Source: Promethearchaeati archaeon (GTDB lineage Archaea > Asgardarchaeota > Heimdallarchaeia > Heimdallarchaeales > Heimdallarchaeaceae). Taken from it: a stretch of 64,000 bases of DNA. The stretch lies in NCBI GenBank assembly GCA_013166775.1, contig JABLTJ010000002.1, positions 78,264 to 142,263 of the forward strand, in the 5' to 3' direction. Numbering within the stretch: position 1 is the stretch's first letter; each line of letters opens with the position of its first letter. Positions 51,859-61,721 of the stretch are shown here, one piece after another. The notes under the pieces are model-generated. The model was not told the origin of the DNA. It saw only the letters and a list, made by a program, of their open reading frames with translations, and searched no databases. The position numbers were made by a program, and so were the translations under genes.

Positions 51859-52650
51859 TTAATAGCTCATTTCATGCTTCAGTTCAAGCTCTTTCTCTAT
51901 CTTGTTTTTTATATCTCCAGTAATATAATCTAATACCTCATTTTGATCAGCTTGTAATCTATGACATCGTTTAAAGTATGTCAAAATTGCGTTTACATCC
52001 CTTTGCAGAATACGATAAGCTCTCGTTAAAGGGATCAATTTAGAACCTCCATCTATTGAGTCTTTCAGAGCGAATTTTTTTGTTTGTAGAAAATCAATCA
52101 CTACTATTTCTTCATTATGAAGAATAATATTGTGTTCACTGAAATCTCCATGAACATAGTGTAATTGAAATATATCATAAAGGAAATCGATGCATTTCTC
52201 CATTAACTCAGACGGATCATCAAAATACTCCTTTGAGAAATCCTTCAGTAGAGGCGAAGGTCCCGCATTGTCTCCAATTAATTCCATTGAAAAACTGAAA
52301 TCATGCCATTTGTAAGGTTGAGGAACTGGCAATTTTAATTCGAACAGATCTAGCGTTTTATAGAATTCCAACTTAGCAAACTGTTTGATTACTTGGTAAG
52401 GAGATATTCTAGAGGTATTGTTTATTCTTTGCCTGTGTGTTGTACGGTAAATTTTATAGCTTTTTAGAGCAATTTGTCTTTCTTCTTCATCTATTCCCCA
52501 GCAAACAAAAGCTTCTTTCCCTTGTCCTATTACCTGAAAAGCTTCCCTAATAAGATTATTTTCTATAGCTTCCGCTAAAGCTTCTTGAGGAGTCAGCTCA
52601 TATGCTGAAACTCCTGTTTCACGCCACATCCAATATTTTTCATTCATCAC
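51859..52650 (-). CDS. RIO-type atypical serine protein kinase
   Basis: YVHGDFSEHNIIL...IVVIDFLQ matches the RIO catalytic and metal-binding loops (HGDLSEYN / IDFxQ). 263 aa. Confidence 0.7.
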   Translation of the reverse strand: MMNEKYWMWRETGVSAYELTPQEALAEAIENNLIREAFQVIGQGKEAFVCWGIDEEERQIALKSYKIYRTTHRQRINNTSRISPYQVIKQFAKLEFYKTLDLFELKLPVPQPYKWHDFSFSMELIGDNAGPSPLLKDFSKEYFDDPSELMEKCIDFLYDIFQLHYVHGDFSEHNIILHNEEIVVIDFLQTKKFALKDSIDGGSKLIPLTRAYRILQRDVNAILTYFKRCHRLQADQNEVLDYITGDIKNKIEKELELKHEMSY

Positions 52651-52908
52651 TTTTTGTGCACATCCTTAGGAAGTATCAAGATAAGAGAAAATGATTACAG
52701 AGAAAATATCAATCTAAAGCAAATGTGGGTAAGAATAAAAGATTATCTCGATAATCGAGGTGTCACTGTATCTAGCAAACGAAGACCAACAATTTTCTTT
52801 GTATATTTACTTTTCGCTTTCATTTTGCTCTTGACACCTCCTTACTATACTGAATTGATATTGAAAAACTCATTTATAAGAATTTCTAAAAAAGATAATT
52901 ATACAAGC

Positions 52909-53112
52909 CTATTCTTCTTCTATGACTCGTTGCATGTAAATATCACAGTCCTTACAAACTAAGAAATCGTAAGAATCTTTGTCCTTATAGTATATTGTAT
53001 AGAACATGGTTTTATTGCATTTACCACATTTAATATCGGATTCTTCTTCTGAAACGAATAACAATTTTTTCACGTCTTCATTGGGTGTTACATATTTGGA
53101 CAACTTAATCAC
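52909..53112 (-). CDS. small zinc-ribbon protein
   Basis: CGKC...CKDC pairs. 67 aa. Confidence 0.35.
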   Translation of the reverse strand: MIKLSKYVTPNEDVKKLLFVSEEESDIKCGKCNKTMFYTIYYKDKDSYDFLVCKDCDIYMQRVIEEE

Positions 53113-53240
53113 CTAGGTTATGTGAATCTTATTCTTAAATAAAATAGCTCACGGTTATTAATATATATTTTTTTTTGAGTAAAAATATCCTTAAAGGTAA
53201 AATTAGATAAATAATGAATAAACATATATATGTGTGAATA

Positions 53241-53630
53241 ATGGCACACTACGTTATGATTGGAGATATCTATAACATAAAATTCATCCTCCCAAACATC
53301 GGAGAAGCAGAAGGAGAACTAATAAGAATAAGAGGACCTCATCTCACAGAACTTATGAATCGTGAGCTCCCAATTAATTCTAGAGGATTAAAGCGAGAAA
53401 ATCTTTTCCTTATTCCTGTTAATTTTATTTATGCGATTGAAAAACCTACTACCACTGCAAAGAGAGGAGATATCGTTTTTGAGCCAAAATCCAAAGCAAT
53501 CATCATACTGCTAGAGGACAGGAAATTTGATTCAAAAATTGCTGCAATAGGTTCAATAGTTAAGAATTTGAAAATGTTTGATAAATTATCCCAATCTACT
53601 GGTGTTCGCATAGAGAGTCTGAATGAGTAA
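53241..53630 (+). CDS. hypothetical protein
   Basis: 129 aa ORF with no recognisable motif. Confidence 0.35.
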   Translation: MAHYVMIGDIYNIKFILPNIGEAEGELIRIRGPHLTELMNRELPINSRGLKRENLFLIPVNFIYAIEKPTTTAKRGDIVFEPKSKAIIILLEDRKFDSKIAAIGSIVKNLKMFDKLSQSTGVRIESLNE

Positions 53631-53711
53631 ACTTTATGCTCTACTTGCTCATCAATATTTTTATAAATAGATTATACGTCAGTAAGTCGAAAGGTAATTT
53701 AAGGGATAATT

Positions 53712-54053
53712 ATGAGTAGCCGACAAAACATTGGTGAATCTTTTAGATCAATAAGAAAGGAAATTGGAAAATTCGAATTCAGTGATAAGGTTTTAGATTT
53801 AATTTCATTAGTGGGAGTAGTATTGTTCATAATATCTTTTATCTCTGTTTTCCTGTCTGATAAATTCAACATAGTAAATATTGTATTTATATTATATCCT
53901 CTAGCTATTGGTGGTTTAGCAGCGGCTTTTCGAATGAAAAGAAGAGATAAACCTGAAGATACACCAAAAATGTTCAGAGAATGGTTAATCATAATGAGTT
54001 CCATCACAGTAATTGGTATATTAATCATCATAATTGCACATATTCTCTTCTAA
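53712..54053 (+). CDS. small membrane protein (3 TM)
   Basis: Three hydrophobic helices. It overlaps the long ORF that starts at 53981, so the downstream gene probably starts at 54107. Confidence 0.35.
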   Translation: MSSRQNIGESFRSIRKEIGKFEFSDKVLDLISLVGVVLFIISFISVFLSDKFNIVNIVFILYPLAIGGLAAAFRMKRRDKPEDTPKMFREWLIIMSSITVIGILIIIIAHILF

Positions 54054-54106
54054 AAGTATTAGACTATCAGCAATTTTTTTATATCTTGGTAGGGTTACAT
54101 TATTTA

Positions 54107-55534
54107 ATGACTCATGAAACTTATCGAATTTATTCAAGAGTTTTAAAGTTTGGACAAAAAATAGGACTCAGAAGATTCATAGAAACTATTGTTTTTTCGT
54201 TAACTATCTTTGCTATTACTTCAGTTTATTTTGTAGTTCTCACTCGAACTTCAGAAGCAATACGTCTTTCAGCGTTTACAGCTGCAGGAACATACATTTT
54301 CTTTCCTCTAGGTTTATTCGCTGAAATTGCATTAATCTTAAGTTATATTGAAAATCGATATCAAATTGATATTTTTGGTGATAGTATAAACAAATTCTTT
54401 GGTTTCTTTAGTTTCATTTCAATAACTGTTATAATTCTATATTCCGCTATTCCTGGATTATATCTAGATAAGGAATTAAATGCTTATAATATCTCAATCA
54501 TAGTTCTTTTCTTCCTGCTTGCTGTAATTGAAACAGGGTACTTTCTCTACTCTTCCCCAAGATTAGTAAAATCAGAAACATTTGGTTTGGAATATCAATT
54601 CTCAAACATGGAAAAAAGACTTAAAGATAAAAGATTAATCGACTTACCGATTGAAAAAGCTATTAACAAAGGATTAAATGCTATAAAGAAGCGAATTAAT
54701 GAAGAAGGATTATGGGGAGAATTGAGTTCAGTTTATGAAACAGCTTGCGTTCTTGATTTATTCCATAAGTTGGGGTACAATAGAGATACAGAATGGGTGA
54801 TTTCTACCTCAGAAGGTAAAAAGACTGTTACTTTAGGGCAAACACTAGATAATATGGAAGCTATAATAAATACAGCAGAGACAATTGAAACTTCATATGA
54901 GCAATTCTATGTTCTTTATGCTCTAAGCTTATTTAATCCAACTATATTCGATGATAGAAATCAAGAGATACAAGATTTTCATGATTCAGTTTTTGAAGAA
55001 ACAGAATGGGATTTCATTAATAAATTGAACAGATTTACACCAAATCTTAGATCAAGAACAACTCCTATTCATCTAATAATGGCCTATGTTGGAGATGTAA
55101 CAGGCAATATTACTACCCTAGATAGAATGGCATCTTTATTCTCAGCTAGCATTGAAATCGTCATAAAACGTGGATATGCTCGTTTTTCAACATCACAAAC
55201 AGGGAGAACACCAATAGAAATGTTCGCAAAGCTATTGCTTGCCTTACATGATATCAGGAGAGCTCCTACAAGAAGACAACAATTCATTCAAGCTATTACA
55301 GGAACACAATTTATTGAAGGTTCTTGGGCTGGAAATGTAGGAACTACAGCTTATGTGATACAGGCTCTCATTCCTAGCGAAAATGCTGATTCTATCACAT
55401 TGAAGAAAGCTGCTATCTACTTAGCTGCTATTCAAGACAAGGAAGGATTATGGGGAGCAAACATAGAAGATACTACAATAGTTCTAAAAGCTCTAATTTC
55501 TCTTAAAAGAATGGCAGAACAAGAGACTGTTTAG
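54107..55534 (+). CDS. membrane protein with C-terminal alpha/alpha-toroid prenyltransferase / terpene-cyclase-like repeats
   Basis: About 6 N-terminal TM helices. The C-terminal half has repeated EEGLWGE... / KEGLWGAN... segments typical of prenyltransferase/squalene-oxidase repeats. Start chosen at the internal Met after the overlapping small ORF. Confidence 0.5.
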   Translation: MTHETYRIYSRVLKFGQKIGLRRFIETIVFSLTIFAITSVYFVVLTRTSEAIRLSAFTAAGTYIFFPLGLFAEIALILSYIENRYQIDIFGDSINKFFGFFSFISITVIILYSAIPGLYLDKELNAYNISIIVLFFLLAVIETGYFLYSSPRLVKSETFGLEYQFSNMEKRLKDKRLIDLPIEKAINKGLNAIKKRINEEGLWGELSSVYETACVLDLFHKLGYNRDTEWVISTSEGKKTVTLGQTLDNMEAIINTAETIETSYEQFYVLYALSLFNPTIFDDRNQEIQDFHDSVFEETEWDFINKLNRFTPNLRSRTTPIHLIMAYVGDVTGNITTLDRMASLFSASIEIVIKRGYARFSTSQTGRTPIEMFAKLLLALHDIRRAPTRRQQFIQAITGTQFIEGSWAGNVGTTAYVIQALIPSENADSITLKKAAIYLAAIQDKEGLWGANIEDTTIVLKALISLKRMAEQETV

Positions 55535-55598
55535 ATACAGTTCTTATTTTTCTTTATTATATATAGTTAAAAAGAGATATTTAATTTATAGAAAGGAG

Positions 55599-56099
55599 AT
55601 GAAAATGAGTACTGTCTATATTGCTTGTTCTATGATAAGATCTGTAGGAATCGATTTCTCTCTATTAGATATTTTAGAAGAGTGGATAATAAATCAGCAA
55701 CTATTACCTTTTACTCCAGGAAAGATGGAAGATACAAGTCCGGATGTAATTTTCAAAAGAGATATGAAAATGTTGGAAAAATCTGATTTCATTATTGCAG
55801 ACGTCAATGAACCTTCCCATGGAGTTGGGATGGAAATCATGTATGCTTATGAACATGGAATGCCAGTTATTTGTGTACTAAACAAAGAGAACAGACCATT
55901 TTCGAGGATGGTAGATGGGAGTCCTCATGTTTACTTGATTGAATATGAAAACAAAGAAAATCTGAAAACAAAATTAGAAAGAATCAAATTGAAAGATTTA
56001 TTGATAGAATTTTGTGAAACTTGCCAGAATAGAACAATACACTACGAGAAAGTATGTAAAAGATGTAAAAATAAAGGTAACAGCCCCAAGGCGATTTGA
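55599..56099 (+). CDS. nucleoside 2-deoxyribosyltransferase-like protein with C-terminal zinc ribbon
   Basis: HGVGMEIMYAYEHGMPVICV resembles the NDT family active-site region. CETC...CKRC at the C-terminus. The 3' end overlaps a tRNA gene on the other strand. Confidence 0.45.
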   Translation: MKMSTVYIACSMIRSVGIDFSLLDILEEWIINQQLLPFTPGKMEDTSPDVIFKRDMKMLEKSDFIIADVNEPSHGVGMEIMYAYEHGMPVICVLNKENRPFSRMVDGSPHVYLIEYENKENLKTKLERIKLKDLLIEFCETCQNRTIHYEKVCKRCKNKGNSPKAI

Positions 56100-56152
56100 A
56101 CGCCTGCCTCAGGATCCAGAGTCCCGTATCCTTCCAACTAGACTATGGGGCT
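56081..56152 (-). tRNA. tRNA-Gln (anticodon CUG), intronless
   Basis: Folds as a cloverleaf by hand. Acceptor AGCCCCA/TGGGGCT, U8, D-loop with GG, anticodon loop CUCUGGA, T-loop TTCAAAT. Confidence 0.7.
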
Positions 56153-56286
56153 TTGTTTCTTATGGTGTCTGGTTTTTACCTAAATAAAATTTTTTGGTAA
56201 TAACAATTAATTGAGTCCTTAATTATAGAGATAAATTCTTAAATACTTTGTATTTTTTTACTAAATGCTTATCAAAGTGGTGAAAT

Positions 56287-56865
56287 ATGCAAGAAAAGCC
56301 ACTAAAAAACAGATTTATAGCAATTTTCAAGCTTCTAAGTAAAGAGTATATTCTTCTCTCGATTTGTACTTTCTTAGTTCTTTTGGCTCTTATAATAGAT
56401 CTTTTTACTTCAGTAAATTATTTCTTAACAATAGTACTTATACTCACATGTTTCTTAGTTGGAATTTTATTAAATAAAAAAATTTCAGTAATATTTGCAA
56501 GTGTAATGATTGTTATTTATTGTTCAGCTATATTTTCGTTGTTGATGGTAAATCAGGATTTATTTGATAATTCTGATCTTGCTTCGATTATGTACAGAAT
56601 AGGCGGAGGAGCTTGGGGACTTTGGGGATTGTTATTATTCCCACCTTTTATAATAATAGGTGGTTCAACTTTTCTAGGAGCATGTATTCAAGTGATTATA
56701 TTTTATTCTACAACTCCAAAAGAAGAAATAGAAGAAAAACATGTAAAAAAAATATGTCCTAATTGCCTTTCAGTTAATTCAAAAGAATCAACGAATTGTA
56801 AAAAATGTGGAAAAAAATTTCAATCAGTACAGACTAATAGTAAAAATGATTCTTTCAATTTATAG
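56287..56865 (+). CDS. membrane protein with C-terminal zinc ribbon
   Basis: 4 TM helices, then CPNC...CKKCG. Confidence 0.4.
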   Translation: MQEKPLKNRFIAIFKLLSKEYILLSICTFLVLLALIIDLFTSVNYFLTIVLILTCFLVGILLNKKISVIFASVMIVIYCSAIFSLLMVNQDLFDNSDLASIMYRIGGGAWGLWGLLLFPPFIIIGGSTFLGACIQVIIFYSTTPKEEIEEKHVKKICPNCLSVNSKESTNCKKCGKKFQSVQTNSKNDSFNL

Positions 56866-56879
56866 AAAAGAAAGGTAGT

Positions 56880-56981
56880 TGCCCCAAGGTGATTAATTCA
56901 AGGCTTCCCTCGAGAACACCTTTTTGAACACCTGTCTCTGGGATCAAATCCCAGCGTGATTGACCGCTACACTATGGGGCT
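56880..56981 (-). tRNA. tRNA-Gln (anticodon UUG) with a roughly 30-nt intron in the T-loop
   Basis: Same acceptor and D arm as the CUG isoacceptor, anticodon loop AUUUGAU. The T-stem halves AGGTG and CACCT are separated by 37 nt (TTCAAAAAGGTGTTCTCGAGGGAAGCCTTGAATTAAT) instead of the usual 7. Confidence 0.6.
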
Positions 56982-57072
56982 GTCGATTATTTCTTTCTAT
57001 TTCTCTTGATTTCCCTATTTGGTTTTAAATCCTTCTTTTTTTACCTAGTGTTAATATAACTTGGTTTCTAGA

Positions 57073-57882
57073 TTAGGACTGAACAAAGTTCCTTACTGTA
57101 TTAATAAAACTATCAAACTGTTCTCTTTGAATATTATATCCTGTCTGCTCATAGAGAACCCATTCACCTTCCTGAAAACTATCTTTTAATGATTGAAAAT
57201 ACTTCTTAGGTATAACGCCATTCTCAGCTACCATTAATAAAATTGGGACTTTTATATAAGGTAAAACTTCTCTGTATAATACACGATCTGTTCTTAATTG
57301 TCTCAGAGAAGGTTTTTGTTTTAATTGTGCAAATTGGTATTGAGCTCTAGCCCAACTTTTCTGATCTATAATGTTCCAATCAGTATTTTGCTTCGTACTC
57401 CTCTCTATAATTTCTTCCTCAGTTTTATTTCTCATTGAACTTAACCTCATACTAAAAGCGAAATAAATCATAATCTCTCTAAAGGTTAGAGATGGTTTGA
57501 AGTTAAAAGCGGGTTCTACTAAAACGATGCCTTTAACAAGTGGTGAATATTCTTTTGCCAATAAACTAGTGATTCTTGCGCCCATCGAATGACCTAAAAT
57601 CCAAGTTTTATCTAATTCAAGAGTTTTGATAAGTTCTGCAATTTCTTGCATCATTTCATAGCTATCTATTCCTTTTGAAGAAATAGAAGACAATCCATGA
57701 TTCCGAAAATCGGGCATGATTACATCAAATTCTTTCTCAAACACTTGAGCTGCTCTGGTCCAACATAGACCATTGTCTGCATAGCCATGAAGTAGAATTA
57801 AAGGTGGTTTATCCCCTCCTGTTCTAGTATAATGTAAATTCAAGCTATTGACATTAATGTAATCTGAAGTCCAGTTGTTCAT
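57073..57882 (-). CDS. alpha/beta-fold hydrolase
   Basis: Nucleophile elbow GHSMGA, preceded by LILLHGYADNG. Confidence 0.75.
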   Translation of the reverse strand: MNNWTSDYINVNSLNLHYTRTGGDKPPLILLHGYADNGLCWTRAAQVFEKEFDVIMPDFRNHGLSSISSKGIDSYEMMQEIAELIKTLELDKTWILGHSMGARITSLLAKEYSPLVKGIVLVEPAFNFKPSLTFREIMIYFAFSMRLSSMRNKTEEEIIERSTKQNTDWNIIDQKSWARAQYQFAQLKQKPSLRQLRTDRVLYREVLPYIKVPILLMVAENGVIPKKYFQSLKDSFQEGEWVLYEQTGYNIQREQFDSFINTVRNFVQS

Positions 57883-58004
57883 TTTAAATCCATTAGCTGT
57901 TTTTCGTAAATAAGGTATCTGAATTAAAAATGTATGTTTTCATTTGAGTAAATCTTTAATCACATAAGGTTATTCAAGTATTTATAGAATTTTTAAGAAA
58001 AAGT

Positions 58005-58111
58005 GGCAGTCCTAGGGAGATATTTTCAGGCTTTCCTCGCAAGAAACACCTTTTGAACTCCCGGTGCCAGATTCAAAGTCTGGAGTGTTTCCAGGCTACA
58101 CTATAGGACTG
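58005..58111 (-). tRNA. second tRNA-Gln(UUG)-like gene with a homologous T-loop intron and genomically encoded CCA
   Basis: Acceptor AGTCCTA/TAGGACT, D-stem GTGT/ACAC, anticodon loop CUUUGAA. The T-stem halves GGGAG and CTCCC are separated by 37 nt (TTCAAAAGGTGTTTCTTGCGAGGAAAGCCTGAAAATAT). The 3' end reads GCCA. Confidence 0.55.
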
Positions 58112-58197
58112 TAATGTAAGTCATTCTCTTCTAATACGATTTTAAATTTTTCTCTTTAAACTAAAAAAAATTATGGTAAAAGAAGTAATTACTCTTT

Positions 58198-60129
58198 TCA
58201 ATTACTCTTTTTTGCCCATGTATCTCTTAGTGTTATTATTCTGTTAAAGACTAAGTTTTCTTTTGTGGAATCAACTATATCAATTACAAAGTAGCCATTT
58301 CTTTCGAATTGAAATCTTGATCCTTGTTCCTTATCCTTTAGGAATGGTTCCACATAGGAGTTCAGAATAGTTATAGCATTTGGATTAAGATAATCAGTAA
58401 ACTCTTTACCTTCCTCAGTTTCCATTGGATTCTCTTTTGTATACATCCTATCATATAATCTTACTTCGGCTTCTAAGGCACTATCTGCTGATAACCAATG
58501 AATAGTTCCTTGCACCTTTCTTCCATCTGGGGATTCTCCTCCTTTACTTTCGGGATCATAGGTGCAATGGATTTCAATTATATCTCCTGTTTCTCTATCT
58601 TTAACTACATTTTCACACTTTACGAAATAAGCATATTTCAGTCTGATTTCTTTTCCTGGAGAAAGACGATAATAATCTTCGGGAGGATTTTCCATGAAAT
58701 CTTCCTTTTCAATATAGAGGTTTTTTGTAAAGTTAACTTTTCTAGTCCCCATTTCCTTATCAGAAGGGTGATTTGGTACAGTAAATTCCTCTATTTTATC
58801 ATTAGGGAAATTTGTGATAACAAGTTTGATTGGATTAATTACACTCATTACTCGTGGGCATCTTTTATCCAAATCATCTCGAATGTAGTGCTCAAAGATT
58901 GACATATCTATTAGTTTATCTCGCTTAGTGAAATTTATTGCTAATGAGAAATTACGTATAGCTTCAGGAGTTATCCCTCGTCGTCTCATACCTGCGATTG
59001 TTAACATCAATGGATCATCCCATCCTTTAACATAACCCTCTTCAACGAGCATACGTAAACGTCTTTTACTTCCCACCATATATGTGAGATTCATTTTCGC
59101 AAACTCTATTTGTTGAGGATGGAAAATAGGATTACCATCTTCATCGTCTAGTTGATCCAAATACCAATCATAGAGAAGTCTATGGACTTCAAATTCCAAA
59201 GTACATATTGAATGAGTTATTCCTTCTATTGAATCTTCCAAACCATGAGCCCAATCATACATTGGATAAATGCACCACTTATCACCAGTATTAGGATGAT
59301 GAGCATGAAGTATTCTATACACTATAGGATCTCGCATAAGCATGTTTGGATGAGCCATATCTATTTTTGCGCGGAGAACTTTTTCTCCATCTTTGAATTC
59401 ACCATTTTTCATCCGCTCAAACAAGTCAAGATTCTCTTCAATTGATCTATTTCTGTAAGGGCTTTCTTGTCCAGGTTCTGTTATTGTTCCTCTCATTTCT
59501 CTGATTTCTTCTACACTAGAATCATCTACATACGCTAAACCTTTCTTAATCAGCTGAATAGCATAGTCATATAACTGATCGAAGTAATTGGATGCAAAAA
59601 GCAATCTGTCTTCAAAATCAACTCCTAACCAACGTACATCTGCAGTTATAGATTCAATGAACTCCTCTTCTTCAGTAATAGGGTTTGTGTCATCGAATCT
59701 CAGATTGAATTTCCCACCATATTCCACTGCGAAGTGATAGTTCCTATTTATGGAATAAGCATGACCAATATGTAACCAACCATTTGGTTCAGGAGGAAAA
59801 CGTGTATGAACTCGACCACCATATTTGCCTGTTTTCATATCCTCATTGATTATTGTTCGTATGAAATCGACATCCTCTTCAGTATCTTCTTCTACTTCCT
59901 CCAATAATTCTGGATACTGCTGTTGTGCTAGTTGTTGTATCTCAGATGAGTTTAATGAATTGATGTAACTAACTTTCTTAGCTACAATTGCTTTAATGTT
60001 CTCTATATCCTTTCGCAGTTCAGGATTGGATTTAGCAATTAATCCTATAACTGCTCCAACAACTGCTTCACCATGCTCTAAAGCATTTAGAACGGTGAAC
60101 TTTTCGCACAACTTTTCTAGTGATGTCAT
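58198..60129 (-). CDS. glutaminyl-tRNA synthetase-type class I aaRS (GlnRS / eukaryote-type GlxRS) with an N-terminal appended helical domain
   Basis: HIGH region [26 protein letters not shown], and the MSK region [11 protein letters not shown]...[17 protein letters not shown] closely match GlnRS. It has a roughly 90 aa N-terminal extension. Confidence 0.75.
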   Translation of the reverse strand: [643 protein letters not shown]

Positions 60130-60203
60130 ACATAGATTCTGAAGAAAGGGAAATAATAAATTTTTAGTCTAATGTGTTTTTGAAAAAAGAAAAAAAAGGA
60201 TGA

Positions 60204-61364
60204 TTATTTCTTCTTTAAGGAAATAATAACCAAGCTAATAAGAGATAGAAGTAAAACACCTAAAACTATTGAAGAAAATTCAGGAATAATTACTATGGAA
60301 TTGAGAGGGTAAGGATCATTGTTATTAGCAGTTCCATCAATATTATAGACTCCAGGACCTACATAGTCATCCCAATAGTTACCTTCATTTGTAGCAACAT
60401 CGTACCATGTGGCATTTTGTGTGGTCAATACTGCATCATCCTCTGCTTGTACACCTCCACCATTATTTCCTATAAAGTTATTATGATGAAGAGTACAAAA
60501 ATCTACACCGGCTTCTAGATACACTCCATAAGAAGTAGTGTCTTTAATCAGGTTGAACACATAAAGTCCATTATGAGTAGATAGAATTTGGAAACCGTAG
60601 GCACCATTTTTTAGTACTGTATTATTTTCTGCAACTAGATCATTCCCATAATAATGTCCAAATCCTGCATAACTGTTGTCAGTACAATTATTGTAACGAA
60701 ATGTATTAGAGTGGCTAAAATCATTTCTAATTCCCCAGGCATTTTTTTCACATTTATTATTCAAAAACAAACCATCGTTTGAGTTATTATCGATGAAAAT
60801 TCCTTCATCACCATTATTCTTACAGATATTATTTTCTACCCACAATACTGGACACTTATCCAATCTAATTCCTGTGTGGAAATTATTAATGCAATCACAA
60901 TTTATTATTGTGGCTCCATTGCATCTAATAAGATAAATACCCACACCATCCCCACCAAGAGTATTAACACAAGTGCAATTATCAATTGTAACTAAACTGG
61001 GATAAGCATCAATAATCTTTATACATACTTCTGCAGCAGTTATCCAACAATCACGGATAATAAACGAAACATTAAAACCTGTACTACCACCACTTGCATC
61101 GATTAGAATTCCTATAAGACTACTAGTAGTTATGTTATAGTTTTCTATTATGTATGGATCACCAGGTATTCCGTTGCCAGGAAATGAACTGAATCCAGCA
61201 TCAGTTGTTATTACAATTGGATCATGGTCAATTAAATCATTCAATATAATAGGATCAGATATACTTTGATTCTTCGCGTCTGAAGAGTATGATGTAATGG
61301 TTAGTAACAGCAAAACCAAAACTACCCAAAATAACCATTTAAGTTTGTTAATCTTTGTTTTCAT
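60204..61364 (-). CDS. right-handed parallel beta-helix repeat surface protein, C-terminal TM anchor
   Basis: Signal peptide, repeated N/D-rich GxxxxNN turns typical of pectate-lyase/NosD-like beta-helices, and a C-terminal TM helix with KKK. Confidence 0.55.
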   Translation of the reverse strand: MKTKINKLKWLFWVVLVLLLLTITSYSSDAKNQSISDPIILNDLIDHDPIVITTDAGFSSFPGNGIPGDPYIIENYNITTSSLIGILIDASGGSTGFNVSFIIRDCWITAAEVCIKIIDAYPSLVTIDNCTCVNTLGGDGVGIYLIRCNGATIINCDCINNFHTGIRLDKCPVLWVENNICKNNGDEGIFIDNNSNDGLFLNNKCEKNAWGIRNDFSHSNTFRYNNCTDNSYAGFGHYYGNDLVAENNTVLKNGAYGFQILSTHNGLYVFNLIKDTTSYGVYLEAGVDFCTLHHNNFIGNNGGGVQAEDDAVLTTQNATWYDVATNEGNYWDDYVGPGVYNIDGTANNNDPYPLNSIVIIPEFSSIVLGVLLLSLISLVIISLKKK

Positions 61365-61466
61365 TTAATTTTCTCCATTAGGATGAATTCTAAAAGCAAT
61401 TTAGGGATTTCATATTTATAGTTTCCTTGAAAACTTACATACCGTAAATCTGCACAAAAGATTTAT

Positions 61467-61676
61467 TTGTTAGAAGAACCTACATATAAGTTGATTAAAA
61501 TGCCAGAACTTCCAACAACAGTTTATTGCTTTGCTTGTGGAGAAAAATTCACTAAAAGTGATCCTGAAGGATTTGAACCATGTCCCAGCTGTGGAAAGGG
61601 TTTAACAGATTTATCTGAAGATGCTCAATATGCAGTAAAGATGGTTATGAAATCAATGATAGAACATTTTCGATAA
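61467..61676 (+). CDS. small zinc-ribbon protein
   Basis: CFACG...CPSCG. 69 aa. Confidence 0.35.
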   Translation: MLEEPTYKLIKMPELPTTVYCFACGEKFTKSDPEGFEPCPSCGKGLTDLSEDAQYAVKMVMKSMIEHFR

Positions 61677-61721
61677 GTATTCCAATACTTAATTTTTTTC
61701 TCTATTTCAATAATATAGTTA

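Noticed and set aside
52654-52962. 102 aa ORF (+) between the RIO kinase and the zinc-ribbon gene
   Set aside because: It overlaps the zinc-ribbon CDS on the opposite strand, has no motif and an unusual composition. Probably non-coding promoter DNA.
55599-56152. 19-nt overlap between the 3' end of the NDT-like CDS (+) and the 3' end of tRNA-Gln(CUG) (-)
   Set aside because: Likely tolerated antisense overlap, or the CDS may end slightly earlier in reality. Not enough to call an anomaly.
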